Shown: positions 13,818-15,525 of the stretch, piece after piece
Numbering within the stretch: the first letter of the stretch is position 1
How the letters are laid out: each line of letters starts with the position of its first letter
Assembly (NCBI GenBank): GCA_041640075.1
Contig: JBEQAY010000026.1
Location: 1 to 15,525, forward strand
From: Candidatus Nanohaloarchaea archaeon
Lineage (GTDB): Archaea; Nanohalarchaeota; Nanosalinia; Nanosalinales; Nanosalinaceae
Reading direction: 5' to 3'
Length of the DNA: 15,525 nucleotides
Program-made: the position numbers and the translations under genes
The notes under the pieces: model-generated
What the model was told of the DNA's origin: nothing
Databases searched by the model: none
Seen by the model: the letters and a program-made list of their open reading frames with translations, nothing else

Positions 13818-14942
13818 ATGAAGATAGATTCTATAGAGCTTAGAGAGATCATAGACTCACGTACAAAACCTACACTGGAGGCTGAGATCAATGGGAGCTA
13901 CGGTAAAGCACCTTCAGGCGCCTCTACAGGAGAGCACGAGGCAAAATGTTTCGTGCCAGACGATCTCGAGGAAGTTAAGCAGGACTTCAAAGATCTTGAA
14001 GACGATGACCTCTCTCAGGAAGAATTTGACGAGAAACTGAAGGAAATAGACGGTACAGACAACTTCTCTGAAATTGGCGCAGCTGCAATCGCTTCAAGCT
14101 TCGCGTTCAAGAACGCTGACGGCTTCGAAAGCTCTGGAAAATTTCCTCTACCTCTGAGCAATGTTATCGGCGGTGGAGAACACGGAGGAAATACTTCCAT
14201 TCAGGAGTTCCTGGTTCTCCCTGTGAACGCTGAAACATTTCCTGAAGCACTGGAAACTAACGTGAAAATTTACCAGGAGCTGAAGGATCGCTATTCAAGG
14301 AAAATTAAGGGTATGAACGATGAAGGTGCTCTAATCACTTCTATGGACGATGAGGAAACTCTGAAAGCTCTGAAGAAAGTTGCGGACAAATATGATGCAA
14401 GGATAGGGCTTGATATCGCTGCTTCAGAATTTTACGAAGACGGAGAGTACAATCTTGACTCAATGAGGCGTAAACATACTCCAGAGGAGCATCTTGATTT
14501 TGTGCAGAAGCTAATCGATACTTTTGACCTTATCTACGTCGAGGATCCTTTTGACGAGGAGGATTTCAGGATGCATGCAGAGCTTACCTCCGACAACCCT
14601 GATGTACTGATCTGCGGAGACGATCTTTTCACAACAGATAAGGAAAGATTGCAGGAGGGTATAGAGAACGGTTCATGTAACTCTCTTATCGTGAAGCCGA
14701 ACCAGATTGGAACTGTCAGCGATGCCCGTGAAACAGCGGAGCTGGCCCACGAAAACGACTACGTGCCTGTGATCTCTCACAGGTCCGGTGAGACATGTGA
14801 CGCCACGATAAGTCATCTTGCATTGGAGTGGGAGTGTCCTGTTATCAAAGCAGGTATCGCAGATATCCGAATCGCGAAACTTAACATATTGCTCAGGTTA
14901 TGGGATAATGCAGAGTCTCCGGAGATAAACTCTATTTACTGA
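13818..14942 (+). CDS. eno: Enolase (phosphopyruvate hydratase), compact form
   Basis: REIIDSR, PSGASTGEHEA, GGGEH, QEF, DEG, GLDIAASEF, EDPFDEED, GDDL, KPNQIG and SHRSGET motifs. Confidence 0.96.
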   Translation: MKIDSIELREIIDSRTKPTLEAEINGSYGKAPSGASTGEHEAKCFVPDDLEEVKQDFKDLEDDDLSQEEFDEKLKEIDGTDNFSEIGAAAIASSFAFKNADGFESSGKFPLPLSNVIGGGEHGGNTSIQEFLVLPVNAETFPEALETNVKIYQELKDRYSRKIKGMNDEGALITSMDDEETLKALKKVADKYDARIGLDIAASEFYEDGEYNLDSMRRKHTPEEHLDFVQKLIDTFDLIYVEDPFDEEDFRMHAELTSDNPDVLICGDDLFTTDKERLQEGIENGSCNSLIVKPNQIGTVSDARETAELAHENDYVPVISHRSGETCDATISHLALEWECPVIKAGIADIRIAKLNILLRLWDNAESPEINSIY

Positions 14943-14950
14943 AAAACACA

Positions 14951-14998
14951 CTTTCAGGCCTTTTAACTGGATTTTCTTTTTTCTAATTTCTACTTTAG
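14951..14998 (+). terminator. Probable oligo-T terminator after eno
   Basis: TTTTCTTTTTTC and further T-runs downstream of the stop codon. Confidence 0.45.
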
Positions 14999-15016
14999 TT
15001 GATGGTTCCAGAGGGG

Positions 15017-15024
15017 TTTATTTA
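15017..15024 (+). promoter_or_regulatory. Putative TATA box for the rps2 transcript
   Basis: TTTATTTA after a purine-rich GAGGGG, starting 32 nt before ATG 15049 and 82 nt before the rps2 ATG. Confidence 0.45.
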
Positions 15025-15098
15025 ATACTTAGCTATCAATGCGTCTACATGAGCACACGTAAAGCTGGCCTCCGGACCTATTCAAGAGGTGAACAGGT

Positions 15099-15525
15099 AT
15101 GAGCGAAGACGAAGAACTACTTGTAGACAGAGAAGAATACTTGAAAAACGGTGTACACATCGGAACGCAGTCACAGAACGCTGACATGGAAGACTACATC
15201 TTCCACGTCAAGAAGAACGGACTGGCAATTCTTGACCTGAACACCACAGATAAACAGATCAGGGCTATCGCCCAAACCCTTGCAGACTACGACCCAGAGG
15301 AAATCCTGGTTGTAGGAAGAAAGGACGAAGCTTACCAGCCAATCAAAACTTTCTCAGAAGCTATCGGCACACGAACAGTTAACGGCAGATTCATGCCCGG
15401 TACACTGACGAACCCAAAGTCCGATAACTTCATGGAGCCAGAGATCATCCTTGTTACAGATCCTGAAGAGGATAGACAGGCTATTACAGAGGCTTCAGAT
15501 GTAAACATCCCTGTAATCGCTATCG
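15099..15525 (+). CDS. rps2: 30S ribosomal protein S2 (uS2), 3' end outside the window
   Basis: Not in the ORF track. MSEDEELLVDREEYLKNGVHIGTQ...GRFMPGTLTNP...VTDPEEDRQAITEASDVNIPVIAI; SD GAGGTGA at 15086-15092. Confidence 0.97.
   Translation, partial: MSEDEELLVDREEYLKNGVHIGTQSQNADMEDYIFHVKKNGLAILDLNTTDKQIRAIAQTLADYDPEEILVVGRKDEAYQPIKTFSEAIGTRTVNGRFMPGTLTNPKSDNFMEPEIILVTDPEEDRQAITEASDVNIPVIAI

Noticed and set aside
14943..15098. tRNA, ferredoxin gene or CRISPR repeat in the longest spacers
   Set aside because: No cloverleaf, T-loop consensus, Cys-rich ORF or direct-repeat array is visible here or in any other intergenic region.

Overview
Gene-dense archaeal chromosomal segment, most likely from a Nanohaloarchaeota (DPANN) genome. 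This is inferred from the very acidic D/E-rich proteins, moderate GC, very short or overlapping intergenic spacers and a single-chain PriS-PriL primase. It is mainly an informational supercluster: a partial XPB/Rad25-like helicase, PP2C-like phosphatase, METTL5 methyltransferase, rpoL, DUF99, signal peptidase I, TFS, RPA small subunit, PCNA, Nudix hydrolase, fused primase, GINS, pyrH, rpl44e, rps27e, aIF2-alpha, nop10, PAC2, rpoK, enolase and partial rps2. Four genes missing from the ORF track were translated by hand (helicase 5' end, nop10, rpoK, rps2) and several start codons were revised. No tRNA, rRNA, CRISPR array or mobile element was seen. The most notable points are: (1) a fused primase whose four expected Fe-S cysteines are all substituted and which ends in a CCHC zinc finger; (2) a signal peptidase with an ~90-aa inserted extracellular domain; (3) a minus-strand cassette of two paralogous small membrane proteins plus a coiled-coil protein; (4) a 17-codon uORF coupled to rps2; (5) a recurring TTRACGT|ATG start element at a fixed distance from TATA boxes. 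Family calls come from motif recognition, not database searches.
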